Numbered from the stretch's first letter, positions 20,150-31,577 are shown. The stretch is 64,000 nucleotides of DNA from Cyanobacteriota bacterium (GCA_046045965.1 JBJOKS010000011.1:87681-151680), one strand, 5' to 3'. Notes: generated by a model not told the origin, from the letters alone. Program-made: numbers and translations.

Positions 20150-21427
20150 ATGTCAATGGTTACTTTACCTGGATTAAAAGAGTTAATTGAAAGCATCAGC
20201 CGCGAGCGAAATTTACCTCGTTTGGCAGTGCAATCATCAATTAGAGAAGCATTACTTAAAGGTTACGAACGTTACCGCCGCGCCCAAAATTTAGAGCGCC
20301 GACAATTTGATGAAACTTATTTTGATAATTTTGAAGTAGAACTGGATATTGACGGAGAAGGATTTCGAGTTCTTTCTACTAAAACAATTGTCGAAGAAGT
20401 GAGTAACTCCGACCATCAAATTTCTCTAGAAGAAGTGCAACAAGTCGCCCCTGAAGCTCAATCAGGTGATTCCGTAGTCCTGGATGTCACCCCAGATCAA
20501 GGAGAATTTGGGCGGATGGCGGCCATGCAAACTAAACAGGTATTAGCACAAAAATTGCGGGATCAACAGCGCCAAATGGTGCAAGAAGAATTCCAAGATT
20601 TAGAAAGCACTGTTTTACAAGCTAGAGTTTTAAGATTTGAAAGACAATCTGTAATTTTGGCAGTTAGCAGCGGTTTTGGTCAGCCAGAAGTTGAAGCTGA
20701 ATTACCAAAACGGGAACAACTACCAAATGATAACTATCGAGCTAATGCCACCTTTAAGGTATACCTGAAAAAAGTTTCCCAAGGTCAGCAACGAGGACCG
20801 CAGTTATTAGTATCTCGTGCTGATGCTGGGTTAGTAGTTTATTTGTTCGCCAACGAAGTCCCAGAAATTGAAGATGAAGTTGTACGAATAGTCGCCGTAG
20901 CGCGAGAAGCAAATCCCCCTTCCCGTTACGTCGGTCCGCGGACTAAAATAGCAGTAGATACCCTTGATCGAGATGTAGATCCAGTAGGAGCTTGTATTGG
21001 CGCTAGGGGATCACGAATTCAAGTAGTAGTCAACGAGTTACGGGGTGAAAAAATAGATGTAATTCGCTGGTCTCCAGACCCAGCAACTTATATCGCCAAC
21101 GCCTTGAGTCCAGCTAGAGTTGATGAAGTGCGCTTAATGGACCCAGAAAGTCGGCAAACCCATGTTTTAGTGGCTGAAGATCAACTGAGTTTAGCTATTG
21201 GTAAAGAAGGACAAAATGTAAGATTAGCAGCCAGACTGACCGGTTGGAAAATTGACATTAAAGATCAAGCTAAATATGACTATGCCGCAGAGGATGCTAA
21301 ATTTGCAGCTGTCAGAGCCAAATATCAACCGGAGGATGATGAAACCGAGATGGAGGAACTAGAAGATGAATATGAAGACGACTTAGAATTGGAGAATGAT
21401 AATTTTGACCCTAGAGAGGAAGATTAA
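20150..21427 (+). CDS. nusA: Transcription termination factor NusA
   Basis: FGRMAAMQTKQ, S1/KH domains, DPVGACIGARGSRI and AIGKEGQNVRLA. Confidence 0.98.
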   Translation: MSMVTLPGLKELIESISRERNLPRLAVQSSIREALLKGYERYRRAQNLERRQFDETYFDNFEVELDIDGEGFRVLSTKTIVEEVSNSDHQISLEEVQQVAPEAQSGDSVVLDVTPDQGEFGRMAAMQTKQVLAQKLRDQQRQMVQEEFQDLESTVLQARVLRFERQSVILAVSSGFGQPEVEAELPKREQLPNDNYRANATFKVYLKKVSQGQQRGPQLLVSRADAGLVVYLFANEVPEIEDEVVRIVAVAREANPPSRYVGPRTKIAVDTLDRDVDPVGACIGARGSRIQVVVNELRGEKIDVIRWSPDPATYIANALSPARVDEVRLMDPESRQTHVLVAEDQLSLAIGKEGQNVRLAARLTGWKIDIKDQAKYDYAAEDAKFAAVRAKYQPEDDETEMEELEDEYEDDLELENDNFDPREED

Positions 21428-21564
21428 TTCTTAAAAGTTTTTGATAATTTTCTGTTAATTGTCAACTGTTAAAGGTAAACTAGAGAACATTTAGCAAGTG
21501 TGCAACTTAACAATAACTAATTTCAGGAGACTAAAAACTGCTGACCTGACTGAACACAAAACCG

Positions 21565-21834
21565 ATGAAACCAAACTATCGGCGTTGTATTAGTTGTCGC
21601 CGCGTGGGACCAAAAGAAGAGTTTTGGCGCATTGTTCGCGTCTTTCCATCTGGCAAGGTACAATTAGATCAGGGCATGGGGCGTTCAGCCTATATTTGTC
21701 CCCAAGCTGACTGCCTGCAAGCAGCTCAGAAAAAAAATAGATTAGGGCGATCGCTACATGGAACAGTGCCAGAAACACTGTATCAGACATTGTGGCAACG
21801 TCTCACCCAAAGCAATCCCCAAAATCAAATTTAA
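21565..21834 (+). CDS. ylxR: YlxR family RNA-binding protein
   Basis: RRCISCR and GRSAYICP motifs; position between nusA and infB. Confidence 0.92.
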   Translation: MKPNYRRCISCRRVGPKEEFWRIVRVFPSGKVQLDQGMGRSAYICPQADCLQAAQKKNRLGRSLHGTVPETLYQTLWQRLTQSNPQNQI

Positions 21835-21849
21835 ACGAACTAAATATTT

Positions 21850-22520
21850 GGGTCTGCCGAAGGCAAACCACGACCTGGGTTCCGGCTAGACCGGATCAAG
21901 GTTCCAAAACCAGAGAGGCTGTCTCAGACAAAGGATAGCATTGAGTTGCTAACATTATTGAAGATGTTCCTAACAGAGCCACAGCCTGTGAGACAGGAAA
22001 CCACGACTTCAGCGCCAAAGTGCTAGTCCAGGTACTGTACTCACAACAACTTGACAACGGTAATCTCTAGAGAAATTGTGATGAAAGCCGAACAATTAAC
22101 GCTTTAATCACAGCCTCTGTTATCGTGGGGGTTAGTGCCAAAATAGTAAATGGGTGTAGAAGGCAAGTGGATCTCTAAAATTGGAGAGAGACGAAGCAAT
22201 ACTCCCAATAAGTTTTACTCGATTGTGTTGTGGAAGACTCAGAATCAGCAAAACAAAAACCTAAACAATGGCAACCTGGTAGCGCTCAAGCGCAGTTCGG
22301 CATCAAGGATGCCCAAAAAAATTTTTTATTGAGAAAAATTTTACGGGGTCCAGTCAACCATCATTCCTGGTGGGGATGCCAGTATTAAACCGAAACATCT
22401 CTCTTTCCTAATTGGAGGCACCGGCAACATCACCAAGGGCAACCTAAAAAACAGTGATCAAAGGATGGAGATGTCGAAAACCAGGCAACCATCCGTTAAA
22501 ACTGTAAATTAAAGGGGAAA
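21850..22520 (+). ncRNA. Candidate large structured RNA or infB leader
   Basis: Dense hairpins, GNRA-type loops, long-range complementary blocks and no convincing ORF (see findings). Confidence 0.45.
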
Positions 22521-22526
22521 GAGTGG

Positions 22527-25500
22527 ATGAACAACGGCAAAGTTAGAATCTACGAATTATCAAAGGAATTGAATTTGGATAACAAAGAGCTATTAGCAAT
22601 TTGCGACCAGCTCAACATCGCGGTCAAAAGCCATAGCAGCACGATTTCAGAAACTGAGGCTGAACAAATTCGCACAGCTGCCGAAAAACTTGCAGCAACG
22701 AGTGTCACAGCCAAAAAGGAATTAGATACAAACAGCCATAAACAAAATTCACACCAAACAGGCGGACGTAACCGACCTGCTGCAACCCATAAACAGCAAA
22801 TTTTGGAAATTCGCAAACCCAAAATCTTGAGAAATACTACCTCCAACGCCCCAGAAGCGTCAGTTGCTACCAATAGCCAATTTGCTTCGTCTGATAGCCT
22901 GCCGGAGGCATCAGCCACAGCTAATTCTCCATCACCTCCACGGCCTTTCGCGACACCAGTCTCAACCATGAAACCGACGGCACCAACTCGACCTGTACCC
23001 CGGAATCAATCTGAGACCCCACAGAAACCTGTGGCAGAACCGGAACATCAACCCAATGTCCAACCAGCCCCAGAAAAAATAAAAGCGGAAAAACCGGAAA
23101 AAGTGGTTTCTCCCAGACCCAAACCGGAAAAACCACAAAAACCACAGCTGGTTGCTCCACCGGCAAGACCTGTGGAGGAAAAACCTTCTCCCATAGAAGA
23201 GCTATCTCAGGCAGATAAACCGATTCTGAAACGTGAACGCCAGCGGCGCGGCGACGAAGAACGGGAACAAACGAAACCCAAAGTGGGCAGGGCAACAACA
23301 GACCAGATCCCACAGACTGCACCCCAAAAACCGGGTCGCTCAACTCCATCACCTGTGAGACCAGAACACAGGGGGAGTAGATCTGCCACACCATCAAATG
23401 ATGTGCAGCGACCCAGACCAGCACGTCCTGGTGAAGCCGTAGCAGCCATGCCCATAGCCACTCCACCAAAACCAATGGCTGGAGGAGCTAAAAAAGAGGC
23501 ATTGGTCGATGAGCCGATCGCACCAGGCTTGCTTGATTTGAAACGGCCAACACCACCCCGACCATCTAAAGGTGGTAAAAAATGGCAAGAAGAAGAAATA
23601 ATTGACGAAATCAAAGAGAAAGCCAAGGTAGGACCAAAAGGCAAACGAGTTAAACCCATCCTAGAGGATGATTTTGAAGAAGAAGACTTACTGGATGAAG
23701 AGGGTCTGGAAATTCCAGCTACCGTCCAAGTGAGCCTTTCTATAGCTCGTCCACCTAAGCCCAAGGCTACTCGACCTCCACAGCAACCAACATTGGTTGC
23801 GCCCGCACCTACTAAAAACAAAAGATCCGGTTCTCACCGCGACCAAAACCGTCGTCAACAAGAAGTAGAAGTCAAGCAAGAGCGTCCAGAAAAACTGGTG
23901 GTAACAGGACCAATGACTGTACAAGAGTTGGCTGAGGGCTTGGTTATTGCCGACACAGAGATTGTCAAAATCCTGTTTATGAAAGGCATGGCGGTAAGTA
24001 TCACCCAAAATCTGGATATTCCCACAATTACCCTAGTAGGCAAAGAGTTAGAAGTAGAAGTCGAAACGGCAGAACCAGAAGCAGAAGCCCGCAAAGTCAC
24101 AGAAATGATTGACTTTGCAGACCTCGAACATCTGATCCGTCGGCCGCCGGTTGTGACAATTATGGGTCACGTAGACCACGGTAAAACCACTCTGCTCGAC
24201 TCAATTCGCAAAACTAAGGTGGCTGCTGGTGAAGCAGGTGGTATTACTCAGCATATCGGCGCATACCACGTTGATTTGGAACATGATGGCAAGCCACAAC
24301 AGATAGTCTTCCTAGATACCCCCGGTCACGAAGCCTTCACAGCAATGCGGGCTAGAGGAGCGCGGGTAACAGATATTGCTATTTTGGTAGTCGCTGCTGA
24401 TGACGGTGTGCGTCCGCAAACAGTGGAAGCCATTAGCCATGCTCAAGCCGCAGGTGTGCCAATTGTTGTCGCTATTAACAAGATTGACAAAGAAGGGGCG
24501 CAACCAGAGCGTGTTAAACAAGAACTCACCAACTATGGTCTGACAGCAGAAGACTGGGGTGGTGAGACGATTATGGTTCCTGTGAGTGCCATTAAGGGCG
24601 AAAACCTGGATACACTCCTAGAAATGGTTCTCCTGGTGGCAGAGGTCGCAGAACTATCTGCTAACCCCAATCGTGTGGCTAAAGGAACAGTCATTGAAGC
24701 CCATTTAGATAAAGCCAAGGGTGCGGTTGCTACCTTGCTAATTCAAAACGGTACTCTCCATGTCGGAGATATGCTGGTAGCTGGATCGGCATTTGGTAAA
24801 GTGCGAGCAATGGTCGATGACAGAGGTCGAAGAGTAGAAGTTGCTACTCCCTCCTGTGCTGTTGAAGTGCTGGGTTTAAGCGATGTACCAGCAGCTGGTG
24901 ATGACTTCGAGGTGTTTGCGAACGAAAAAGAAGCTCGTAACCTCGCCAGCACTCGTGCCGACAAACAACGCCAATCGCGCTTACTGCAAGGACGTGTTAC
25001 CCTTACAACCCTCTCGGCTCAAGCACAAGAAGGCGAGTTGAAAGAACTCAACTTGATCTTGAAAGGAGATGTCCAAGGTTCTGTAGAAGCCATTATCGGC
25101 TCTCTCAAGCAAATACCTCAAAACGAAGTTCAAATTCGGATGTTGTTGGCTACTGCTGGAGAAATCACAGAAACAGATATCGACTTAGCTGCTGCTAGTA
25201 ACGCTGTGATTATTGGTTTCAATACTACCTACGCTAGTGGTGCTAGACAAGCCGCTGATGAAGCAGGTGTGGACGTGCGCGAATACAACATCATCTACAA
25301 ACTCCTGGAAGATATCCAAGGAGCTTTGGAAGGTCTGCTAGAACCAGAGTTGGTGGAAGAACCCCTGGGTCAAACAGAAGTCCGTGCGGTATTCCCTGTT
25401 GGTCGTGGTGCAGTCGCTGGTTGTTATGTCCAATCCGGCAAACTGCTTCGCAACTGCAAAGTGCGCGTCCGTCGCGGCGGTAAGGTTATTTATGAAGGCG

Positions 25501-25661
25501 TTCTTGATTCCCTCAAACGGATGAAAGAAGATGTGCGCGAGGTCAATTCCGGTTATGAATGTGGTATCAACATTGATAAATTTCATGACTGGGTTGAAGG
25601 TGACATCATCGAAGCCTACCAGATGGTAACTAAACGCCGTACCCTTACCTTGACTAAGTAG
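22527..25661 (+). CDS. infB: Translation initiation factor IF-2
   Basis: [12 protein letters not shown]-terminus; [17 protein letters not shown] and NKID motifs. Confidence 0.99.
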   Translation: MNNGKVRIYELSKELNLDNKELLAICDQLNIAVKSHSSTISETEAEQIRTAAEKLAATSVTAKKELDTNSHKQNSHQTGGRNRPAATHKQQILEIRKPKILRNTTSNAPEASVATNSQFASSDSLPEASATANSPSPPRPFATPVSTMKPTAPTRPVPRNQSETPQKPVAEPEHQPNVQPAPEKIKAEKPEKVVSPRPKPEKPQKPQLVAPPARPVEEKPSPIEELSQADKPILKRERQRRGDEEREQTKPKVGRATTDQIPQTAPQKPGRSTPSPVRPEHRGSRSATPSNDVQRPRPARPGEAVAAMPIATPPKPMAGGAKKEALVDEPIAPGLLDLKRPTPPRPSKGGKKWQEEEIIDEIKEKAKVGPKGKRVKPILEDDFEEEDLLDEEGLEIPATVQVSLSIARPPKPKATRPPQQPTLVAPAPTKNKRSGSHRDQNRRQQEVEVKQERPEKLVVTGPMTVQELAEGLVIADTEIVKILFMKGMAVSITQNLDIPTITLVGKELEVEVETAEPEAEARKVTEMIDFADLEHLIRRPPVVTIMGHVDHGKTTLLDSIRKTKVAAGEAGGITQHIGAYHVDLEHDGKPQQIVFLDTPGHEAFTAMRARGARVTDIAILVVAADDGVRPQTVEAISHAQAAGVPIVVAINKIDKEGAQPERVKQELTNYGLTAEDWGGETIMVPVSAIKGENLDTLLEMVLLVAEVAELSANPNRVAKGTVIEAHLDKAKGAVATLLIQNGTLHVGDMLVAGSAFGKVRAMVDDRGRRVEVATPSCAVEVLGLSDVPAAGDDFEVFANEKEARNLASTRADKQRQSRLLQGRVTLTTLSAQAQEGELKELNLILKGDVQGSVEAIIGSLKQIPQNEVQIRMLLATAGEITETDIDLAAASNAVIIGFNTTYASGARQAADEAGVDVREYNIIYKLLEDIQGALEGLLEPELVEEPLGQTEVRAVFPVGRGAVAGCYVQSGKLLRNCKVRVRRGGKVIYEGVLDSLKRMKEDVREVNSGYECGINIDKFHDWVEGDIIEAYQMVTKRRTLTLTK

Positions 25662-25679
25662 TCTTGAGTACCAACTGTT

Positions 25680-25756
25680 GAGTGCTGAGTTAATTTATGA
25701 ATGTTGGATTGACATAGTTTCTACTTCAACATTCAAAACTGAACTCTCAGCACTCA
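25680..25756 (+). terminator. Long 3' stem-loop after infB
   Basis: GAGTGCTGAG...CTCAGCACTC outer stem and TGAATGTTG...CAACATTCA inner stem. Confidence 0.65.
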
Positions 25757-25844
25757 TAACTTTTGAGAAATTCAGGTGACAGCGAAGAGGGAAAAAGAAG
25801 AAAGAAAAGATGAAAACAAAGATAAAACCGCATAAAAGCAGTAA

Positions 25845-26093
25845 TATAGCAGGAGTCAGGAGGGGCGAACGGCAGTTTGCCCGTACAGGAGTCAGGAGTA
25901 AAACCCTTTTGTAGTGGGAGTTTTATTATCAATTGATGTCCTAACTAAGTAAATCAGCAGGAAAAAGCCAAGGTATGTAACAAAATGTAAAATAGCTGAA
26001 AACCTCTTCCCTCCAGCATAGCTGCCTCCTGCCTCCTGCCTTGCCATAACGACAATTTTTAACACCTACCTACTTATCTTGTCCATGTCTATA
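25845..26093. mobile_element. Outer MITE-like element (TATAG...CTATA ends) carrying nested insertions
   Basis: TATAGCAGGAGTCAGGAG at the left end and GTCCATGTCTATA at the right; interrupted by MITE A copy 2. Confidence 0.55.
25946..26076. mobile_element. MITE family A copy 2
   Basis: TA|AGTAAATCAG...CCTACCTACT|TA; shares CATAACGACAATTTTTAAC and TATGTAACAAAA with copy 1. Confidence 0.82.
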
Positions 26094-26217
26094 AAAAATC
26101 TTCTGTTTAATTAAAAAAATTGGTTTTGACGAATTTTTCCGAGTATATCCTTAGTTTTAGTGATCAATAACACAGAATTTGTTGCTAGATAACAGTTATC
26201 TTTAGAAAAGATTAAGT

Positions 26218-26289
26218 AATACCATTTGGGATTTTAGATTTTAGATTGGTGCAAATCCATCTGTCGCAATCATTTTTCAAATTGGTATT
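26218..26289. mobile_element. Short MITE-like element (ends AATACCA / TGGTATT)
   Basis: AATACCATTTG...CAAATTGGTATT termini; similar ends at 63290-63455. Confidence 0.5.
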
Positions 26290-26475
26290 GAGTTTAAACA
26301 TAAGATTTCCAAATTTTAGGATTAGGCAGGGATCACACCTTGCCCTATAGAACAGATGTTAGATTTGGCTTGTTTGGTTTCTGTCTTGACCCCTGTGGGC
26401 AAAACAATTATCAATTTAAAATCTAAAATCTCAAATTGTTTGACTCTGGAAGTTAAAAATGAGGAATGAGGAACT

Positions 26476-26673
26476 ATGGCTCAAATTTCAGCTTCTAGCA
26501 CTGGCCAGCTTTCTCGTGATGCTAATATTTGGCAAACCCTTAAGTATGCCATTTCTGCGAGTTCCGGTTTCCAACGCTGGCAACTAGAGAGTAATGCTCA
26601 ATTAAAGGGTCTGCTCCTAGAACAGCAAGTACAACGGTATCTACGAGAAACCTTAGAAACTTTAGCTTATTAA
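26476..26673 (+). CDS. Small hypothetical protein
   Basis: GAGGA RBS; WQTLKYAISASSGFQRW...YLRETLETLAY resembles a small cyanobacterial protein family (from memory). Confidence 0.8.
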   Translation: MAQISASSTGQLSRDANIWQTLKYAISASSGFQRWQLESNAQLKGLLLEQQVQRYLRETLETLAY

Positions 26674-26800
26674 GAAAACAACATTTTTCACAATCATCAG
26701 CTACAAAAGGAGTCAGGAGTCAGGAGTCAGGTGAAAGAATACATTTTTCCTATCCTGCTTTCCCTATTCCCTGCCCTGACAGATATAATAAATCTTCCAA

Positions 26801-28165
26801 CTACAACGTGTATGTAAAATTTTCCACCAACATCCCTGGAACTAAACTACCACCTAATTGCCGACTGCTGTATGTTCCAACTTCGGGAATGAATTCTTGA
26901 AAGTTAGTTAAATCAACTAAATTTTCCGATCCCCAAAAACGGTAAAGACTTTCATCAAAACGGAGGTTTTCTATGGGGGCGACTATTTCCCCATTTTCTA
27001 CCCAAAAACAGGCATAACGGGTCATACCTGTAATTCTACCAGTTTGGCGATCGCTCCAATTTAAATAATGCAAATTAGAAACATATAACCCAGTATCTAA
27101 ACTTGGTAAAATCTGTTCAAATGACAAATTACCTGTCTTTATTTCGGGAGAACGTAAAGTTTCTGAACTATTAGCACCATTGGCAGGTTTATTATATTCT
27201 TTAGCCGTGCGAGAATTAACGAGGCTATTTACCAAAACACCATTTTCTATTAAAGTTAATTCCTCTGGTGATATTTCTCCTAAATTATTGAATCTGGGAA
27301 CTAAACCAGATGTGAAACTTTCTTTTAAAACAAATTTAGGTGAAAGTCGTTTTTCTTGACGTGATAAAGCAGCTAAAGCACTATTTCCCTGTTGAATAGA
27401 AGCTTCACTAATAGCACCCCAAGAAAGCATCCCTAATAATTCCGCTACCGCAGCAGGAGCAAAATAGGTTTTATAATTTCCTCTGGGTAAATCTTTGGGT
27501 TCATGAGACAATAAAGCTAATTGTTTTTTACCATCATTTATTTTTGCTAGATATGCAGCTTCATCCCATGTACTACCAGCAAAAGTACCTTTTACCGCTT
27601 TACCCGATGCCAAAATCAAGGAATAATCTAAATTAAAAGAATCAGTTGCAAACCAGTGTTTTTGTCCGTTAGAATCTCCATAACCTCTAATAATCACTCC
27701 CCCAGCATAAATACCAGTAAAATCTAAATCAGCAACCGATTCTAAAATGCTATTAACAACATTTTCCGGTGCTAATAATTTACCTGTATGTACTTCTCTG
27801 CTGCTATTATTTCCTGTAGGTAAAACCAAATAAGGATCAACGGGTAATAGATGTAATTCTTCTCGTAAATCTTGTAAAGCTTGGTATGCAGTTTGCCAAT
27901 CTATATCCCAGTTTCCAGTAAAAGGAAACTTACAGAAACTACTGCGTTGATTTTCCATTAAAGTTAGGGTAATTGAACCATCGGCAACCAGTCCTGTTTG
28001 TCTAACTTTAGCATGATTAAAGCGGGTAAATTGACTTCTTTCGCTGTTAAGTCTGACGGTAAAATGTTCACTATCTGCTTTTTTTGCAAGCAGCATTTCT
28101 ATCAGTTGATTAAAATTGTTTTCTAAAATTGATAATTCTTCAGTTTGTATTTTCATTTTTTTCAT
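26801..28165 (-). CDS. TldD/PmbA family protein (TldE-like subunit; start likely 28165 or 28156)
   Basis: TRFNHAKVRQ, GRITGMTRYACFWVENG and NLRFDES; no HExxxH metal motif. Confidence 0.88.
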   Translation of the reverse strand: MKKMKIQTEELSILENNFNQLIEMLLAKKADSEHFTVRLNSERSQFTRFNHAKVRQTGLVADGSITLTLMENQRSSFCKFPFTGNWDIDWQTAYQALQDLREELHLLPVDPYLVLPTGNNSSREVHTGKLLAPENVVNSILESVADLDFTGIYAGGVIIRGYGDSNGQKHWFATDSFNLDYSLILASGKAVKGTFAGSTWDEAAYLAKINDGKKQLALLSHEPKDLPRGNYKTYFAPAAVAELLGMLSWGAISEASIQQGNSALAALSRQEKRLSPKFVLKESFTSGLVPRFNNLGEISPEELTLIENGVLVNSLVNSRTAKEYNKPANGANSSETLRSPEIKTGNLSFEQILPSLDTGLYVSNLHYLNWSDRQTGRITGMTRYACFWVENGEIVAPIENLRFDESLYRFWGSENLVDLTNFQEFIPEVGTYSSRQLGGSLVPGMLVENFTYTL

Positions 28166-28172
28166 ACTTTCT

Positions 28173-28916
28173 TTAAATGTTCTCAGGATCAATATTTAAT
28201 TCTCGCAATTTTGCTGCTAAACGTTCTGCTCTTGCGTCTGCTTGTGCTGCTCTTTGAGCTTCCTGGTTTGCTCTTTTGTCTGATTTTGCTGCTTTCTGAG
28301 CTTCCTGTTCTGCGCTTTCTTCTGCTGTGGGGACTAAATCACCTTCAGGGGTGAAATACCTTAGCAAACCCTCATGCACTCCTAAATATAAACCTAATTG
28401 TTCACTCCATAAATATCCTTTTTCATTGGGTTCTAAAGGTTGATATTTATTATCAACTAGATGAAATCCTACAAATTCTAAAGTATAAGGATCAAACCAA
28501 AAATAATCAGGTGTTCTAAATGTATTTTGATAAAGTTCTTTTTTAGTTACTTTATCACTATTAGCTGTACTGGGTGAGAGAATTTCTATGATTACATTAG
28601 GATATTTACCATCTTCGTCCCAGACTACCCAACTTTTGCGGGTTTTCCGTTCTGTTCCTAACACTACAAAAAAATCAGGTCCTCTTAAATTTTCATTTTT
28701 TTTCTGGTTAGGACTATAATAAATAGTTAAATTTCCTGCTGCATAGAAATCATTTCTATCTTTCCATAACCATTCTAAGCATTGCAAGAGTAAGATAATT
28801 TGTCGTAGATGCAATTCTGTTTCCACTGGTGGTTCATCACTATATAAATCACTGGGGGGAAATGTAACATCTGGGGAGATGTCTTTTGTTTGTTCTAGGT
28901 CTTGTGCAATCATCAT
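28173..28916 (-). CDS. Uma2 family endonuclease with coiled-coil tail
   Basis: SDEPPVET, GPDFFVV, IIEILSPST and YFWFDP motifs; tail AERLAAKLRELNIDP. Confidence 0.92.
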   Translation of the reverse strand: MMIAQDLEQTKDISPDVTFPPSDLYSDEPPVETELHLRQIILLLQCLEWLWKDRNDFYAAGNLTIYYSPNQKKNENLRGPDFFVVLGTERKTRKSWVVWDEDGKYPNVIIEILSPSTANSDKVTKKELYQNTFRTPDYFWFDPYTLEFVGFHLVDNKYQPLEPNEKGYLWSEQLGLYLGVHEGLLRYFTPEGDLVPTAEESAEQEAQKAAKSDKRANQEAQRAAQADARAERLAAKLRELNIDPENI

Positions 28917-29046
28917 ATTGATATAGCATCAAGTAGTTATTGGTTGATTGTAGCATTGATTCAGGAAGATTTAACTTGTGTGTTCAACAAATGAATAACA
29001 TTCAATCAACATTTCTGGTACAAGTTCTATAACAGAATCATTATTT

Positions 29047-30822
29047 CTACTGCGGAAGTGAATGATTACTTTTTAGTGCAATAGATAATTGTCTTAATTT
29101 ATCACTAACTTCTAAATTAGATGTTTGAGATTTTAAATTATTTGGTATTTCCGCTAATAAAAGTGGATTTCCTTGTAACCATTCATTTAATGCTACACCA
29201 GTCCAAGTTCCTTCTTTCTCCCTAAAACTATCAACTAAATTCTGGAGTTCTTGACGATAATAAGACTCGAAACCCGCAGCGTCAAAAATTCCATAACGCA
29301 AATATTCTGCAAAAGCATTAATATCATTTTCTACTTCAAAAACTACAGCTTGTTGTGCAGGTATTAACTCACTAGCAACATCCATTGCTATTTGCGCTAC
29401 AACTCCTGTTACTCCTAATACTTGTTGACGAATTTCTGGGTTATAAAGTAAATCTGCACCGTATTTTACATATCTTTTGAGAACACTATAAGCAAGTTCT
29501 TTACCTGTGTAGTAGTTATCTACAATTTCAACATCTACTCCTAAATCTTTAATGATTTGATTGCGAGTAGGACTATTCACTGGTCCTCTGATTAATGCTT
29601 CTGCTACTGGACGTGCAAAACGCAAAAATAACACACTTAAACTATTTTCTAATTTCGCAAAAAAATAATCTTCTGAATTTTCAATTAATCTGGCTTTAAC
29701 TTGACTACTTCCCCATAGCAACTTTGTCATATATTCAACTAAGTTTAAGGCTTCATTTTTTAATTCTAAAGCCAGTTCATGGGCAATTTTTGATAGAAGT
29801 TTGCTAATATCAACATATAAATCATCACGCCAAATATAGTTAGCTTTTGTTGCATCAAAGTTAGGAAATGAGTTAGCTAGAAAAATAGTATCTTTCTTTT
29901 TTAATGTTTCCTGTCTGAGTTTGGCGATTTCATGATCTACAATTTGTAAATATCTTTCTCTAAATTTCTCGATTGGGACTAAAGAATTAGTGGTGAAATT
30001 TTCTAAAGATTTATGAGCGACTGAATCACCATAATATTTTTGTAAGTCGGCTTTAATGGTTAACCATTTTTGATTCCACCATTCTGCAAATAACACCCGA
30101 CGGTTATTTTCAGCCACTAATTTAGCTTCTTCGGGATTTTCTGGATAGTTTTTACTAACTAAACGATAAATTTCTTCCGAAGTGCTGACAATTTTCTCAA
30201 TGGATGCTTCACATCTTTTCTTTAAAATAGCAACTCTTTCTGTGTTAATATAATTGAATATTTTTTCTTTGATTTCAGGAATACCTGTTCCATTTTGTAT
30301 CAGATTTTCTTTATCAGCAATTCCCGTTAATCTCTCTAAATGAGATTGAATAACTGTAGCATCGCCAATTTCTAATTTAGTTTGTTCTTGTGCCAGATTC
30401 TTTAATAATAAATATGCTCCAGCAGAACCATAAACTATACGGTTACTGGGTAAATTTGCCCGTTTTAACCAATCTTGAGATGCTTCTTGAATGTGAATTT
30501 TTAAGGCTTCTGCACCACCTAATGAATCAATTATACTTAAAAATACAAATAGTTTATCAGCAACGGTAACGTTTTGATCTCCTTGTTCTGTAAATTTAAT
30601 AATTTCTAATTCTTTTTCTCGCAGACTGGTAAAACGCTGTACTAATATTACAGCATCACAGTCTGATAACATTTCTTGTGCTTCATCAACGTGCTTTGCT
30701 AAACCTGAATCTAAACCAGGAACATCATAAAAAACAATTCCTTCAGCTTGAGCAAGTTTGTTTGTATAAAGTCTAGCTTCTAAGACAGCATGAGCAAATG
30801 ACTTAAGAATAAATAACCAATA
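29047..30822 (-). pseudogene. 5'-truncated dynamin-like GTPase
   Basis: The frame stays open upstream of the 30672 ATG (HAVLEARLYTNKLAQAEGIVFYDVPGLDSG, a DxPG G3 motif) until a TGA near 30823; no P-loop and no upstream start. Confidence 0.72.
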
Positions 30823-30962
30823 TCAATTTAGCAAATTGAGAAAATAGAAACAGTAATTCAAAATGATAAGGAGATTGTAAATTACATCCAAACAAACAAA
30901 ACCTGTGAAAATGAGATAAAATAATAATATGATAATAATAATAATTATTCAAGAGGTGAATC

Positions 30963-31577
30963 ATGGTTCAAACAATAATTAAACCAGTAACCTTTGAGGA
31001 ATTTATCGAATGGTATCCAGATACAGGATTACGCTATGAATTACATAATGGAGTAATTGTTGATATGAACCCACCATTAGGAGATCATGAATTAGTTATT
31101 GGTTTTTTAGTCCGTAAGTTATCAGCAGAATTAGATAAACTTGATCTTCCTTATCTCATACCTAAAACAACATTGGTTAAATCATCAACTTCTGAATCTG
31201 CTTTTTATCCAGATATTTTATTACTAAATCCTGAGAACTTAGTTCATGAACCTTTATGGAAAAAAGAATCAACCATTACTCAAGCTGCTTCTGTTCCTTT
31301 AGTAATAGAAATTGTTAGTAGTAATTGGCAAACAGATTATTCGACTAAAACTAATGAATATGAATCAATGGGTATTCCTGAATATTGGATTGTTGATTAT
31401 GCTGCTTTCGGTGGTAGAAGGTTTATTGGTAATCCTAAACAACCAACTCTTTCAGTTCATACTTTAATTGATGGAGAATATCTAGTTAATCAATTTAGAG
31501 GAGATGATTTGATTGTATCCCCACTATTTCCAGAGTTAAAGTTAACTATGGCGGATATTTTACAAAGAATATCATGA
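30963..31577 (+). CDS. Uma2 family endonuclease
   Basis: Paralog of 8475-9122 (RYELHNG, VPLVIEIVS, GIPEYWIVDYAA..GGR.FIGNPKQPT). Confidence 0.92.
   Translation: MVQTIIKPVTFEEFIEWYPDTGLRYELHNGVIVDMNPPLGDHELVIGFLVRKLSAELDKLDLPYLIPKTTLVKSSTSESAFYPDILLLNPENLVHEPLWKKESTITQAASVPLVIEIVSSNWQTDYSTKTNEYESMGIPEYWIVDYAAFGGRRFIGNPKQPTLSVHTLIDGEYLVNQFRGDDLIVSPLFPELKLTMADILQRIS

Noticed and set aside
22150..22332. 60-aa ORF in the ylxR-infB gap
   Set aside because: No clear RBS or recognisable motif, and it explains only a quarter of the gap; not excluded without Ribo-seq.
22550..25586. Many minus-strand ORFs up to 204 aa
   Set aside because: Antisense to infB; expected shadows of a GC-richer, codon-biased gene.
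25747..25932. 61-aa minus-strand ORF
   Set aside because: Made of repeat and MITE sequence plus a purine tract.
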